Made by a program: the position numbers and the translations under genes. A stretch of 24,000 nucleotides of DNA, taken from NCBI GenBank assembly GCA_002898395.1, contig BEHE01000002.1, positions 46,394-70,393 on the forward strand. The letters run 5' to 3'. This stretch comes from Candidatus Calditenuaceae archaeon HR02 (GTDB lineage Archaea; Thermoproteota; Nitrososphaeria_A; Caldarchaeales; Calditenuaceae). Under the pieces are notes generated by a model. It saw only the letters and a list, made by a program, of their open reading frames with translations, did not search any database and was not told the origin of the DNA. Every line of letters starts with the position of its first letter. Within the stretch, counting starts at the first letter, position 1. Shown here one piece after another: positions 8,885 to 16,259 of this stretch.

Positions 8885-9067
8885 ACTATACCCTAAACCT
8901 TAACCTATCCTCTATCACTGAGCCTTAAACTTTCCTTCAAGATAGGCCGGCCGGTAGCCCTCCAGCACCGTCCTAGAGGCCGCCCCTAAGGATTTCTTAG
9001 TCAACAACCAGCAAGCATTAGTCAAAGATATATTTATGAGCCCCGTAGACAGTTTTAAGGAGGAGCT

Positions 9068-10207
9068 GTGGTAACACTCACACCCGCTTCCGGAGACAGT
9101 GTATCTGTGCTATTCCAACTACTCTGGTTCCTCTTCCTCCTAACGTTTTTCTTCATCTACCCCTACTTCGGGCAAAAGACACAGCTGGCATTCATTCTGA
9201 GGTACATTGAGAAGAGGCTGGCAGTGCTTAAACAGATAAGGGACGAGGTGAAGGAGAGGACAGTCAGCACACTCAAGCTATATGTCGATGACAATAAGGA
9301 CTCGGCAGCGATGGAAAAGGAGCTGGAAAACTTGTTAGAGTTCTTCTACATCCCGCCAGAGTCCATGGATCCGTCCGGCATAGTGTACAAGCTGGAGCAT
9401 ATCCTTGAGATCGGTGATTCTCGTTTTGAGGAGAGTGTTTCTAGGATGGCGCCGAAGGCCGATATTCACCGCGTCAAGAGCCTCTCAAACCTCGTCGAGG
9501 TGGCCCGGGCTCTCAACATTATCTACAGAGTTGTCAGGCATTATTATCTATTGGGTAAAAGGATGGCTAACTACTTCTTGGCAGTGCAGATACAGATACA
9601 GCTCCCCATGATAATGGAGCTGGCAGAGTCATATAGGCAGGCATCATATGCCTTCCTTAAAGGTCTACCGATAGGAGACGGGATAGGCGTGCTATCTGCC
9701 GCAAAATTTGTCAGGGAGAGTAAGAAGATATCTGATATGGAGATAGCTAAGGATACCTGGCTTGAAGTCGTCGAGTTTGAGGGTAGGAAGGTGTATGTTG
9801 TAAGGCCTATCGGGCCGGGCGGCACAGTAGGGAGGCCAGGGGAGGCTGTAAAGAAGCTGGTCTACGAGATGGACACCAAGCCAGACTTAATAATAACAAT
9901 TGATGCGGCGTTAAAGCTGGAGGGCGAGGAAACTGGGAAGATAGCTGAGGGGGTGGGCGTAGCTATAGGCGGTCCAGGGATCGACAAGTTCAAGATCGAG
10001 ACCATTGCGAAAGAGAAGAACGTCCCACTTTACGCCATCGTGATATACCAGTCGATACTGGAGGCGATAACGCCGATGAGGGAAAGTATTGTAAAGTCCG
10101 CCGACATCGTAGTGAATAGGGTGAAAGAGTTGATAAGGGATAAAGTCCCCTCTAATGGGACGGCCGTCGTAGCCGGTATAGGAAACACTATTGGCGTGGG
10201 GATCTAG
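9068..10207 (+). CDS. Conserved archaeal hypothetical protein with an N-terminal TM helix (DUF1512-like, from memory only)
   Basis: A 379-aa ORF with a GTG start preceded by taaGGAGGAg. It has a hydrophobic N-terminus (LFQLLWFLFLLTFFFIYPYF) followed by a soluble body. The size and layout match my recollection of the archaea-only DUF1512 family, and this is unverified. Confidence 0.6.
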   Translation: MVTLTPASGDSVSVLFQLLWFLFLLTFFFIYPYFGQKTQLAFILRYIEKRLAVLKQIRDEVKERTVSTLKLYVDDNKDSAAMEKELENLLEFFYIPPESMDPSGIVYKLEHILEIGDSRFEESVSRMAPKADIHRVKSLSNLVEVARALNIIYRVVRHYYLLGKRMANYFLAVQIQIQLPMIMELAESYRQASYAFLKGLPIGDGIGVLSAAKFVRESKKISDMEIAKDTWLEVVEFEGRKVYVVRPIGPGGTVGRPGEAVKKLVYEMDTKPDLIITIDAALKLEGEETGKIAEGVGVAIGGPGIDKFKIETIAKEKNVPLYAIVIYQSILEAITPMRESIVKSADIVVNRVKELIRDKVPSNGTAVVAGIGNTIGVGI

Positions 10208-10218
10208 GAGGGAACCGC

Positions 10219-10458
10219 ATGAGCATTAACATGACCGGATTGGGGCAGGAGGGCTCCATCACAAAGGTTAGGCCGGTGCCCTTCAACCCTATCACCCAGC
10301 TGAAATGCCTGAGCTGCGGCTCGACACACACCCGGCCTCACAAAGAGGGCGACTTTATCTTCAAAAATGTCGAGGAGAAGTGCCCTAACTGTGGGGGCAA
10401 CACCCACTTAATCACCGCCATCTATGTAGAGGAGCAGAAACAGCAAAGATTCAGATAA
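10219..10458 (+). CDS. Small zinc-ribbon protein
   Basis: A 79-aa ORF with an ATG preceded by GGAGGG. It has two CxxC pairs (CLSCG ... CPNCGG) 27 residues apart. It starts 11 nt after the preceding gene on the same strand. Confidence 0.7.
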   Translation: MSINMTGLGQEGSITKVRPVPFNPITQLKCLSCGSTHTRPHKEGDFIFKNVEEKCPNCGGNTHLITAIYVEEQKQQRFR

Positions 10459-10495
10459 AACACTTCGTATAAATTTTGCAGACTGTAACCACTCC

Positions 10496-11761
10496 TCAGG
10501 CTGTCTCCCTCTTAGCGAGAATAGCTTCGCGGGAGACGTGGGAGTGGGGGTCTATCTTGGCATTGGTTAGCACAGAGCCTTTCTCGATCACCGAATTGTC
10601 TCCAACAACGCTTACGCCTAGAACTACTGTGGGCTCAATTCTCGAGGACAATATCTTTACATGCCGCGCGATAATTGAATCTTGTATATATGCTCCCTCT
10701 CCCACATAAACCCTGTCGTGCAGCGCAGATCTCTCGATTGTTACACCATCACCGATAAAACAGTAGTTATCAATGTACGCGTCCCCGATAATTACATCAT
10801 CACCAATCTGGCAATGCCGCCCAATGAGGACATTTCCATCGATCTTGATCCGGCCCTCCTGGACCTTCCTGAGAATCTCTTCCTTCCTACGCATAGAGGC
10901 CAAGCTCTGGCCAAGTATCCAGAGCTTGGATCCTCCCGCCTCGTATGTAGGCTCCCCAAAGAAAATATTCATAAAACCGCTATCCATAATCCTCATCATC
11001 GACTCGAGATAGAGTTCAGGTGTCCCAACATCGTACCATTCGCCCTTCATTTCATAGGCATATACCTTGTATCCTTTCTTGATGAGATAAGGAATGAGGT
11101 CTAATCCGAAGTCGAGGCGCCGTAAAGTGGCTTTCCTCGCCCTGACTTCAGGGTCTAAACAGATCCTCCTGACGTCTGGTGAGAAGAGATAGATCCCCGT
11201 ACTGGCGAGGTTTGATGGTTCCTCGCCGCGCGGAGGCTTCTCCACGAATCCATTAACCCTGCCCTTACCATCTACCTCAACTACCCCGTAGGCAGATGGG
11301 TCTGATACACGCTTCACACCAACTGTGACGAATGCTGAGTTCTCCTCATGAAAGGCCAACAGAGACTTCAGATCTAGTTCGAAGACATTGTCTCCTTGTG
11401 CAACAAGGACGGGTGTGTTTATGTCATAGTAATCCAAGTTAATCAGGAAGCTATCAGCGTTTCCAACGTCATCTATGTTTGGCTGATATTTTATAGAGAT
11501 CCGGGGCGTGATACCGTATTTTAAAGAGATTCCATGCCCCTCTTGGAAATAGTCGAAGAGGGAGCGATAATTTATATACCCCTTAACACCGAAGACGAAG
11601 TTCCTAATCCCTTGCCACGCCAGGTGGATAATAGCATATTCTATGAGGGGTCTCCCTAAAAACCTGACCAATGCTTTAGACACTTCTAAGGTGAGAGGCT
11701 GAAGCCTCTTAGCCACCCCCCCTACGGGTATGAAGGCATAAAGGTCGGAAACTTGAGCCAA
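10496..11761 (-). CDS. Sugar-phosphate nucleotidyltransferase with a C-terminal left-handed beta-helix domain (GlmU / NDP-sugar pyrophosphorylase-like)
   Basis: A 421-aa ORF with a TTG start. The N-terminus PVGGVAKRLQPLT matches the G-x-G-x-R-L-x-P-L-T nucleotide-binding motif. The C-terminus has hexapeptide repeats (IGDDVIIGDAYIDNYCFIGDGVTIERSALHDRVYVGEGAYIQDSII). Confidence 0.85.
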   Translation of the reverse strand: MAQVSDLYAFIPVGGVAKRLQPLTLEVSKALVRFLGRPLIEYAIIHLAWQGIRNFVFGVKGYINYRSLFDYFQEGHGISLKYGITPRISIKYQPNIDDVGNADSFLINLDYYDINTPVLVAQGDNVFELDLKSLLAFHEENSAFVTVGVKRVSDPSAYGVVEVDGKGRVNGFVEKPPRGEEPSNLASTGIYLFSPDVRRICLDPEVRARKATLRRLDFGLDLIPYLIKKGYKVYAYEMKGEWYDVGTPELYLESMMRIMDSGFMNIFFGEPTYEAGGSKLWILGQSLASMRRKEEILRKVQEGRIKIDGNVLIGRHCQIGDDVIIGDAYIDNYCFIGDGVTIERSALHDRVYVGEGAYIQDSIIARHVKILSSRIEPTVVLGVSVVGDNSVIEKGSVLTNAKIDPHSHVSREAILAKRETA

Positions 11762-11845
11762 CCCAATAAACTATTATCGCACTAAGCTTGATAAGGATTT
11801 CCTCTCCCGCGGCTAAAAACCATAAATCATGCTAAGATAAACTGT

Positions 11846-12235
11846 ATGTCGCTTCAGAAGTTGAGAAGGCCTAGTCCACGAGAGTTAAGAAGGATGCAGG
11901 ACAGGATGCTTAGCAGTTTAGGAGTCTCTATGGAGGAGCTAGGCCTTGCTAAAGAAGTCACGATAGAGCTTCAGGACAGGACAATCAGGATAAGTGGACC
12001 TGCTGTGGTGGCCATTAATTCACAGGCCGGCAGAATATACCAGATTGTAGGTGGCGAGGAGTTTAAGTCACCAAAAGGAGAGGGAGAAGGGCCTCAATAT
12101 GAGCCGAGCCCGGAGGATGTGGCCCTAGTCGCAGCCCAAGCAGGTGTTGAGCCGGAAGAGGCAAGAAGAGCTCTCATAGAGTCTGGAGGAGACTTGGCCC
12201 GCGCAATAATAAGCCTCAGGACACAGAAGACATGA
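11846..12235 (+). CDS. nac: Nascent polypeptide-associated complex protein (archaeal NAC alpha, with NAC and UBA domains)
   Basis: A 129-aa ORF. The central segment EVTIELQDRTIRISGPAVVAINSQAGRIYQIVG is a NAC beta-barrel. The C-terminus GVEPEEARRALIESGGDLARAIISL is UBA-like. Confidence 0.85.
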   Translation: MSLQKLRRPSPRELRRMQDRMLSSLGVSMEELGLAKEVTIELQDRTIRISGPAVVAINSQAGRIYQIVGGEEFKSPKGEGEGPQYEPSPEDVALVAAQAGVEPEEARRALIESGGDLARAIISLRTQKT

Positions 12236-13967
12236 GACTTTCTCCAGGCTGATTTCTCAGCAGAATTGGGAGAGACTGCAGTAGATCCAATATTGGCTCC
12301 CTCCCATGCAGCTTAGCCAGTCTTTCTACAGCCGAATCCTCCAGCACTATGCCCCCCAATAACTGAGCAAGATCCTGCAAATGGTCTAGATTTAGCGCCA
12401 AGAATATCCCCGAGAGATCGTTACAATAGTGGTTTAACGGTCCCCGTATTTCTGTCTCGGGAGAGAACCTGTTATTTGCAAGAACCTTATCGATCGAGTA
12501 GAGCCTGTCTGATAATTGCCTTGGCCAGCTCGAGGCTATTACGACTCTTCCCCTGAGAGATGGAACACTGTTGATAGCTTCTGCCAAGCACCTTATAACG
12601 CGGGCTAACAAATTGTATCCTTCATCCACCCCAGTTAATAACGGTCTCATAACCTCGACCAGACCAATAGGAGCCAGTAGGTAGAGCAACTGTATCCGCG
12701 GAGCATCTTTATGGAATTTGTAGAGGTAGCGGGTGCACCGCTCCAGATATCTGGCCAGCCTTTCAAGCATCGGGGACAGTCTTTGAATCATTATAGACTC
12801 ATCAAACCCGCTATTATTCAATAGCCGCAGAAAGTTAAGGCCCATGAAGGAGTGAACACCGAAGTCCCCTGAAACGGAAGTTTTGATAGCGTATTGTGTG
12901 AATAGGGTTCTATCACCTCTGTAGAAGGTGTAGAGAATCGGGCTTTCAGCCCTGGAAGGCAGTCCTACAATTACTTTATCGACCCACTTACATCTATTCA
13001 AGACCTCGTCAAGTCTATGACCACTCAGCAATTTTTCGGAATACTTGGCTATAATTGGGGTAGGGCCCTCAATTAGAAAGTAAATGTCCTCAGGAAAAGG
13101 GTAGGAAGGGGTTGGATATTCCCGTAATTCTGAGTCTACATCAAGTTGTATTATAAGGTCGTTGTACACCAGCCCCAATACTTTTGGAACAACGCTCTCG
13201 TCGTATTTTGTGAGTGAAACACTAAAGAATTGTAAGGGTCCGCGGGGTAGAGGATACAAGTCGAGCTCTCCTAAGTAGTAGTGCTGTTTAAGCTGCTTTT
13301 GAAAGAATTTTTCAACGATAAGTGTCCGCATCGTTGTGTCGAGGATGAAGTTTTTTAGCATTTTTAGGTTCATTTTCTCCACGGATCTGTGGAAGGCTGA
13401 GTAGAGCTCCCGTATTGTGGGGGTTGATGGCATGATGTTTGATATCTTCTCTAGCTCAATATTTCTGGAGAGGAGCTCTACCCTCAAGAGATCCTCAACA
13501 AGCCATCTCGGGATCATGGACGTCTGCAATTCATCTAGCTTCTTTTCAACTAGAATCCCCACACTACGGGCTAGGTCTGCCGGGATTTGAATCGCCTCCA
13601 CCAACTGTTCAGCTATGATGTTCCTATTGATTGGCTCGAAAGAGTAGTCCCAATTAAGCACAATCAACTCGCCTGATACAGATTTACGTTGAAGGTTACG
13701 TACCACTTCGACCGCCCTCCTACCTAGCGGCGTTAGTGAGTATGTTCGAGACTTGCCCGAATATTCGATAAGACCTGCCCTCAACACTGTCTTGAGATGA
13801 TATGTAAATTTCCCTACATCCTCCCGCTCACTTAATCCTGCATATTTCATCAGTTCGGAGAAGTTCATCTGCGACGTACTTAGGGCCTCTATTATTGAGA
13901 GTCTGATGGGTGAGGAAATTGCTTTCAAAATGGATGCTACCTCAGCTCTGCCATCCTCATGTCTCAT
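12216..13967 (-). CDS. ArsR-type winged-helix protein with an ATP-cone-like segment and a large uncharacterised C-terminal domain
   Basis: A 583-aa ORF. Residues ~12-85 (ILKAISSPIRLSIIEALSTSQMNFSELMKYAGLSEREDVGKFTYHLKTVLRAGLIEY) form an ArsR/SmtB-like wHTH. Residues ~100-175 (LIVLNWDYSFEPINRNIIAEQLVEAI...MIPRWLVEDLLRVELLSRNI) resemble an ATP-cone. I do not recognise the remaining ~400 aa. It overlaps nac convergently by 20 nt. Confidence 0.6.
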   Translation of the reverse strand: MRHEDGRAEVASILKAISSPIRLSIIEALSTSQMNFSELMKYAGLSEREDVGKFTYHLKTVLRAGLIEYSGKSRTYSLTPLGRRAVEVVRNLQRKSVSGELIVLNWDYSFEPINRNIIAEQLVEAIQIPADLARSVGILVEKKLDELQTSMIPRWLVEDLLRVELLSRNIELEKISNIMPSTPTIRELYSAFHRSVEKMNLKMLKNFILDTTMRTLIVEKFFQKQLKQHYYLGELDLYPLPRGPLQFFSVSLTKYDESVVPKVLGLVYNDLIIQLDVDSELREYPTPSYPFPEDIYFLIEGPTPIIAKYSEKLLSGHRLDEVLNRCKWVDKVIVGLPSRAESPILYTFYRGDRTLFTQYAIKTSVSGDFGVHSFMGLNFLRLLNNSGFDESIMIQRLSPMLERLARYLERCTRYLYKFHKDAPRIQLLYLLAPIGLVEVMRPLLTGVDEGYNLLARVIRCLAEAINSVPSLRGRVVIASSWPRQLSDRLYSIDKVLANNRFSPETEIRGPLNHYCNDLSGIFLALNLDHLQDLAQLLGGIVLEDSAVERLAKLHGREPILDLLQSLPILLRNQPGESLMSSVS

Positions 13968-14076
13968 AACTTCCCTCTGCAGAAGACAAGCCTGCCACTA
14001 AAGCTTTACTGAGCCCAAAAACGCGATACCTTAAATTACTCCCAGTTGAGATTATTACCGAGTGGACTGGTCCAAC

Positions 14077-14150
14077 GGGCCCGTAGCTCAGCCAGGTAGA
14101 GCGGCCGGCTCATAACCGGTAGGTCGTGGGTTCGAATCCCACCGGGCCCA
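14077..14150 (+). tRNA. tRNA with CAT anticodon. It reads as Met by anticodon, but the acceptor stem looks Ile-like, so it may be tRNA-Ile2(CAU). It has no intron and no encoded CCA.
   Basis: I folded the cloverleaf by hand. Acceptor stem GGGCCCG/CGGGCCC with discriminator A. D arm GCTC-AGCCAGGTA-GAGC. Anticodon stem GCCGG/CCGGT with loop CTCATAA. Variable loop AGGTC. T arm GTGGG-TTCGAAT-CCCAC. A+T-rich boxes (ttaaat, attatta) lie 20-45 nt upstream. Confidence 0.95.
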
Positions 14151-14252
14151 CACGAGGCGGGTAGATAGTAATTATGGAATGTAATTACGAATGACGACTG
14201 GTTCGTAGGCATGGAAACGGATAAGGGAAAGAAAGGGGAGGGGTTTACGTTG

Positions 14253-14882
14253 TCATCGAATCGTCAGAAGAAGCCCTCTCTTCTTCAAATATTCCTCGAG
14301 TCTCTTCCTCTCGATCGTGAAACTGACCTTCTCGTAGAACGTCAGATTCGACTTCTTACTCACCTTGACGTAATAACAGTCTTTTCTCTGTCTATACACT
14401 TTCCCCGTCTCTGGATCTCTAATCGGCGTTCCGGCCCGCTGACGCAATATCGGCTCATCTGAGGTCGTCTCTATTCCGATTCTGCTCAGCAGGTATATCA
14501 CGTATTCTAGTAGCCTGTAGTCGGTGTTGGTCACCTCAATTATACCATTTTTACGAACGCAGCCCTCGCTGTCGAAGAATCCTCGTAAAAATGCCGCGAT
14601 ACATCTCTCGCAGTGCTCAACGTACGGTCTGATCTTCTCGATATCTATGGGTTTCTTGAGCAGTTCGTAAAGTGTTTTGGATGCGACTTCGACGACCCAT
14701 CTACCGTCTTTATTCAGTCTTGGTATTGGTGGTTCCCTTCCCAGAACCCTCGCTATTGTCTTGGCATAGAACTCGCCGAACTCTTTGTCCTTGACCATTA
14801 ATCCGATAAAGAATTCGTCATATGTTGGTGGCGGTTTACTTTTCTTCCAAACATAACCGTCTCCAGCCTCAACTCCGATCAC
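14253..14882 (-). CDS. LAGLIDADG-family homing endonuclease core (double-motif, I-DmoI-like). As drawn, the ORF starts at a GTG inside motif 1.
   Basis: A 209-aa track ORF. Motif 1 is (LAY)VIGVEAGDGYV and motif 2 is AAFLRGFFDSEGCV, about 95 residues apart. The terminal acidic residues D and E are present. The frame stays open a further 85 codons upstream (see the next feature). Confidence 0.85.
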   Translation of the reverse strand: MIGVEAGDGYVWKKSKPPPTYDEFFIGLMVKDKEFGEFYAKTIARVLGREPPIPRLNKDGRWVVEVASKTLYELLKKPIDIEKIRPYVEHCERCIAAFLRGFFDSEGCVRKNGIIEVTNTDYRLLEYVIYLLSRIGIETTSDEPILRQRAGTPIRDPETGKVYRQRKDCYYVKVSKKSNLTFYEKVSFTIERKRLEEYLKKRGLLLTIR

Positions 14883-15148
14883 GTAGGCTAGATCCTCTGA
14901 AGGCTTCAGGAACTCTAATGTCGGTACTCTGATTCCGTTGTAAGGAGAGTGTTTCCTATTGCACCATTCGCTGCAAGCGGACTTGCGGATAGTAACGTTA
15001 TATCTTCTCTTTATCTCCTTGATTATTTGTCCGTAAGACAGTCCCTGTTTTCGGAGTTCAAGAACGTCCTCGTGGATCCTTATCCTCAGCCCCCTCGGGA
15101 GATAACTTCCCCCCTCTTCTCCATTATTTCTTCTCTCCTATCACCCAT
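14883..15148 (-). pseudogene. 5' part of the LAGLIDADG gene, encoding an HTH domain and separated from its ATG by a 1-nt frameshift
   Basis: I translated this region codon by codon. 14883..15137 is in frame with the nuclease core and contains no ATG, GTG or TTG. It reads ...GLRIRIHEDVLELRKQGLSYGQIIKEIKRRYNVTIRKSACSEWCNRKHSPYNGIRVPTLEFLKPSEDLAY. An ATG at 15148 preceded by aaGGTGGtataga opens another frame (MGDRREEIMEKRGEVISRGG, TGA at 15088..15086). Adding one C to the C5 run 15090..15094 or the C6 run 15109..15114 joins the two frames. Confidence 0.7.
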
Positions 15149-15185
15149 TCTATACCACCTTTCTGAGTGCTAGGGTGTATTTGTG

Positions 15186-15890
15186 CTATAGGTCGTGGTT
15201 GTGTCCCTTTATTGTGTGGTATCTTGCTAGGCCGGTGTTTGATAGCTTGAACTTCAATGTCTCAACGTGTTTAAACCCGATGATCTCCGCCAGCTCTATT
15301 GTCAGATTGTTAGGCTTACTAGGTCTCTTGATAGCCTGTGTAGCTTGTTGTTCCTGAAGTTCTTTAGGACTATAACTGCTAGGTCTCTGTTATTGTTGGT
15401 TCTGTTTAGGCATAGGTACATCGAGGCCAGTATCCCTAGCCATGCAGCCCTTAGATGTCTCCCAATCATCAATACAAGATTCCCACCACTAGTAATGACT
15501 AGTTTCTCGAGCCTTGGCCTGAACCCGCTGTTTACCAGCAGGCCGTATGGTGGTGAAGTTATTATTACGCGGCGTCTCTCACCGTTGAGCCGTCCCCTAG
15601 GCCTTATAGCCCCGTATAGACATGCCGCATTCATGCTGTAGGCGTCTAGTAGTGTGCTGTGGTTTGTCACTGCAATCATCTCTCCCAAGAGCTCTTCAGC
15701 AATCTTGGCATACGTCGGCTCGACATCGTTGACTATTAGGTGGTTGTTGTCTGTGAGTCTGCAGGCTATGGCGGGGATAAATCTAGGCCCCCAAAATGTG
15801 GGGAGTACCCCCTACCCCGGCCATAGGGTCTATAACAACATCTCCAACCCCAACACATCTCCTCCAGAGATAGTGGCTAGATGCTAAACC
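15186..15890 (-). pseudogene. SAM-dependent (S/D)PPY-type N-methyltransferase remnant. It is 5'-truncated and needs two frameshifts to read through.
   Basis: Hand translation of the reverse strand gives three segments. Phase A, 15890..15786: GLASSHYLWRRCVGVGDVVIDPMAGVGGTPHILGA, which contains motif I (DPxxGxGG), with a TAG at 15785..15783. Phase B, from 15811 to the stop at 15302: FWGPRFIPAIACRLTDNNHLIVNDVEPTYAKIAEELLGEMIAVTNHS...RRRVIITSPPYGLL, which contains motif IV. Phase A again, 15389..15189: ...KELQEQQATQAIKRPSKPNNLTIELAEIIGFKHVETLKFKLSNTGLARYHTIKGHNHDL, which has no start codon of its own. No start codon lies upstream of motif I. Confidence 0.6.
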
Positions 15891-15954
15891 CTAGCAGTTT
15901 TAGTGGAAGACTTTTACTTGTAGATATGATGTTACTGCTGGCTTCAGGCTTAGG

Positions 15955-16259
15955 ATGCCTGTGAGCAAGAAATATCTACTCCAGCCAGAGCTACTACTAG
16001 GGGAGAAGTCCATCCATATCGACTTATGGATAGAGGATGGAATATCGTATAGGCCTAGGGAGAGAGGCTAGACTCGGATTATTACATACCGCATATCCAG
16101 CCGAACTATAGGTGTGGGGAGGGATACTGCCCTGTCTGCCAATCAAGCTGGGACAAAGGCGACCACTACCCATACTGCAGTAGAAAACCCAGAAAAAAGC
16201 CAAGAAAAAACAGTGAGAAGAGATACATAAATAGAGGATCTGGAATAGTTAAGGCCTAA
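15955..16259 (+). pseudogene. Small frameshifted ORF with a Cys-rich (zinc-ribbon-like) region and a basic tail
   Basis: The ATG at 15955 gives MPVSKKYLLQPELLLGEKSIHIDLWIEDGISYRPRERG and stops at 16069..16071. The -1 frame is open from 16059 and reads GERLDSDYYIPHIQPNYRCGEGYCPVCQSSWDKGDHYPYCSRKPRKKPRKNSEKRYINRGSGIVKA, stopping at 16257..16259, with no start of its own. It is divergent from the methyltransferase remnant. Confidence 0.35.

Noticed and set aside
15086-15116. Programmed -1 ribosomal frameshifting or transcriptional slippage as the explanation for the split LAGLIDADG gene
   Set aside because: No canonical X-XXY-YYZ slippery heptamer fits the zero frame, I noticed no obvious downstream stem-loop or pseudoknot, and runs of 5-6 nt are short for transcriptional slippage. 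A mutation or a homopolymer sequencing error is more parsimonious. The question stays open in the corresponding finding.
15175-15887. The + strand ORFs 15175..15357, 15267..15641 and 15654..15887
   Set aside because: They lie antisense to the methyltransferase remnant, whose reverse-strand translation carries motif I and motif IV. The + strand translations have no recognisable features.
15894-15913. An Orc1-binding ORB / replication-origin element: ttttaGTGGAAgac compared with the consensus TCCAGTGGAAA
   Set aside because: The TCCA dyad half and the downstream G-string are absent. No orc1/cdc6 or whiP gene lies nearby. The A/T-only tract between the repeats is just 16 nt. I kept it only as a minor alternative in the inverted-repeat finding.
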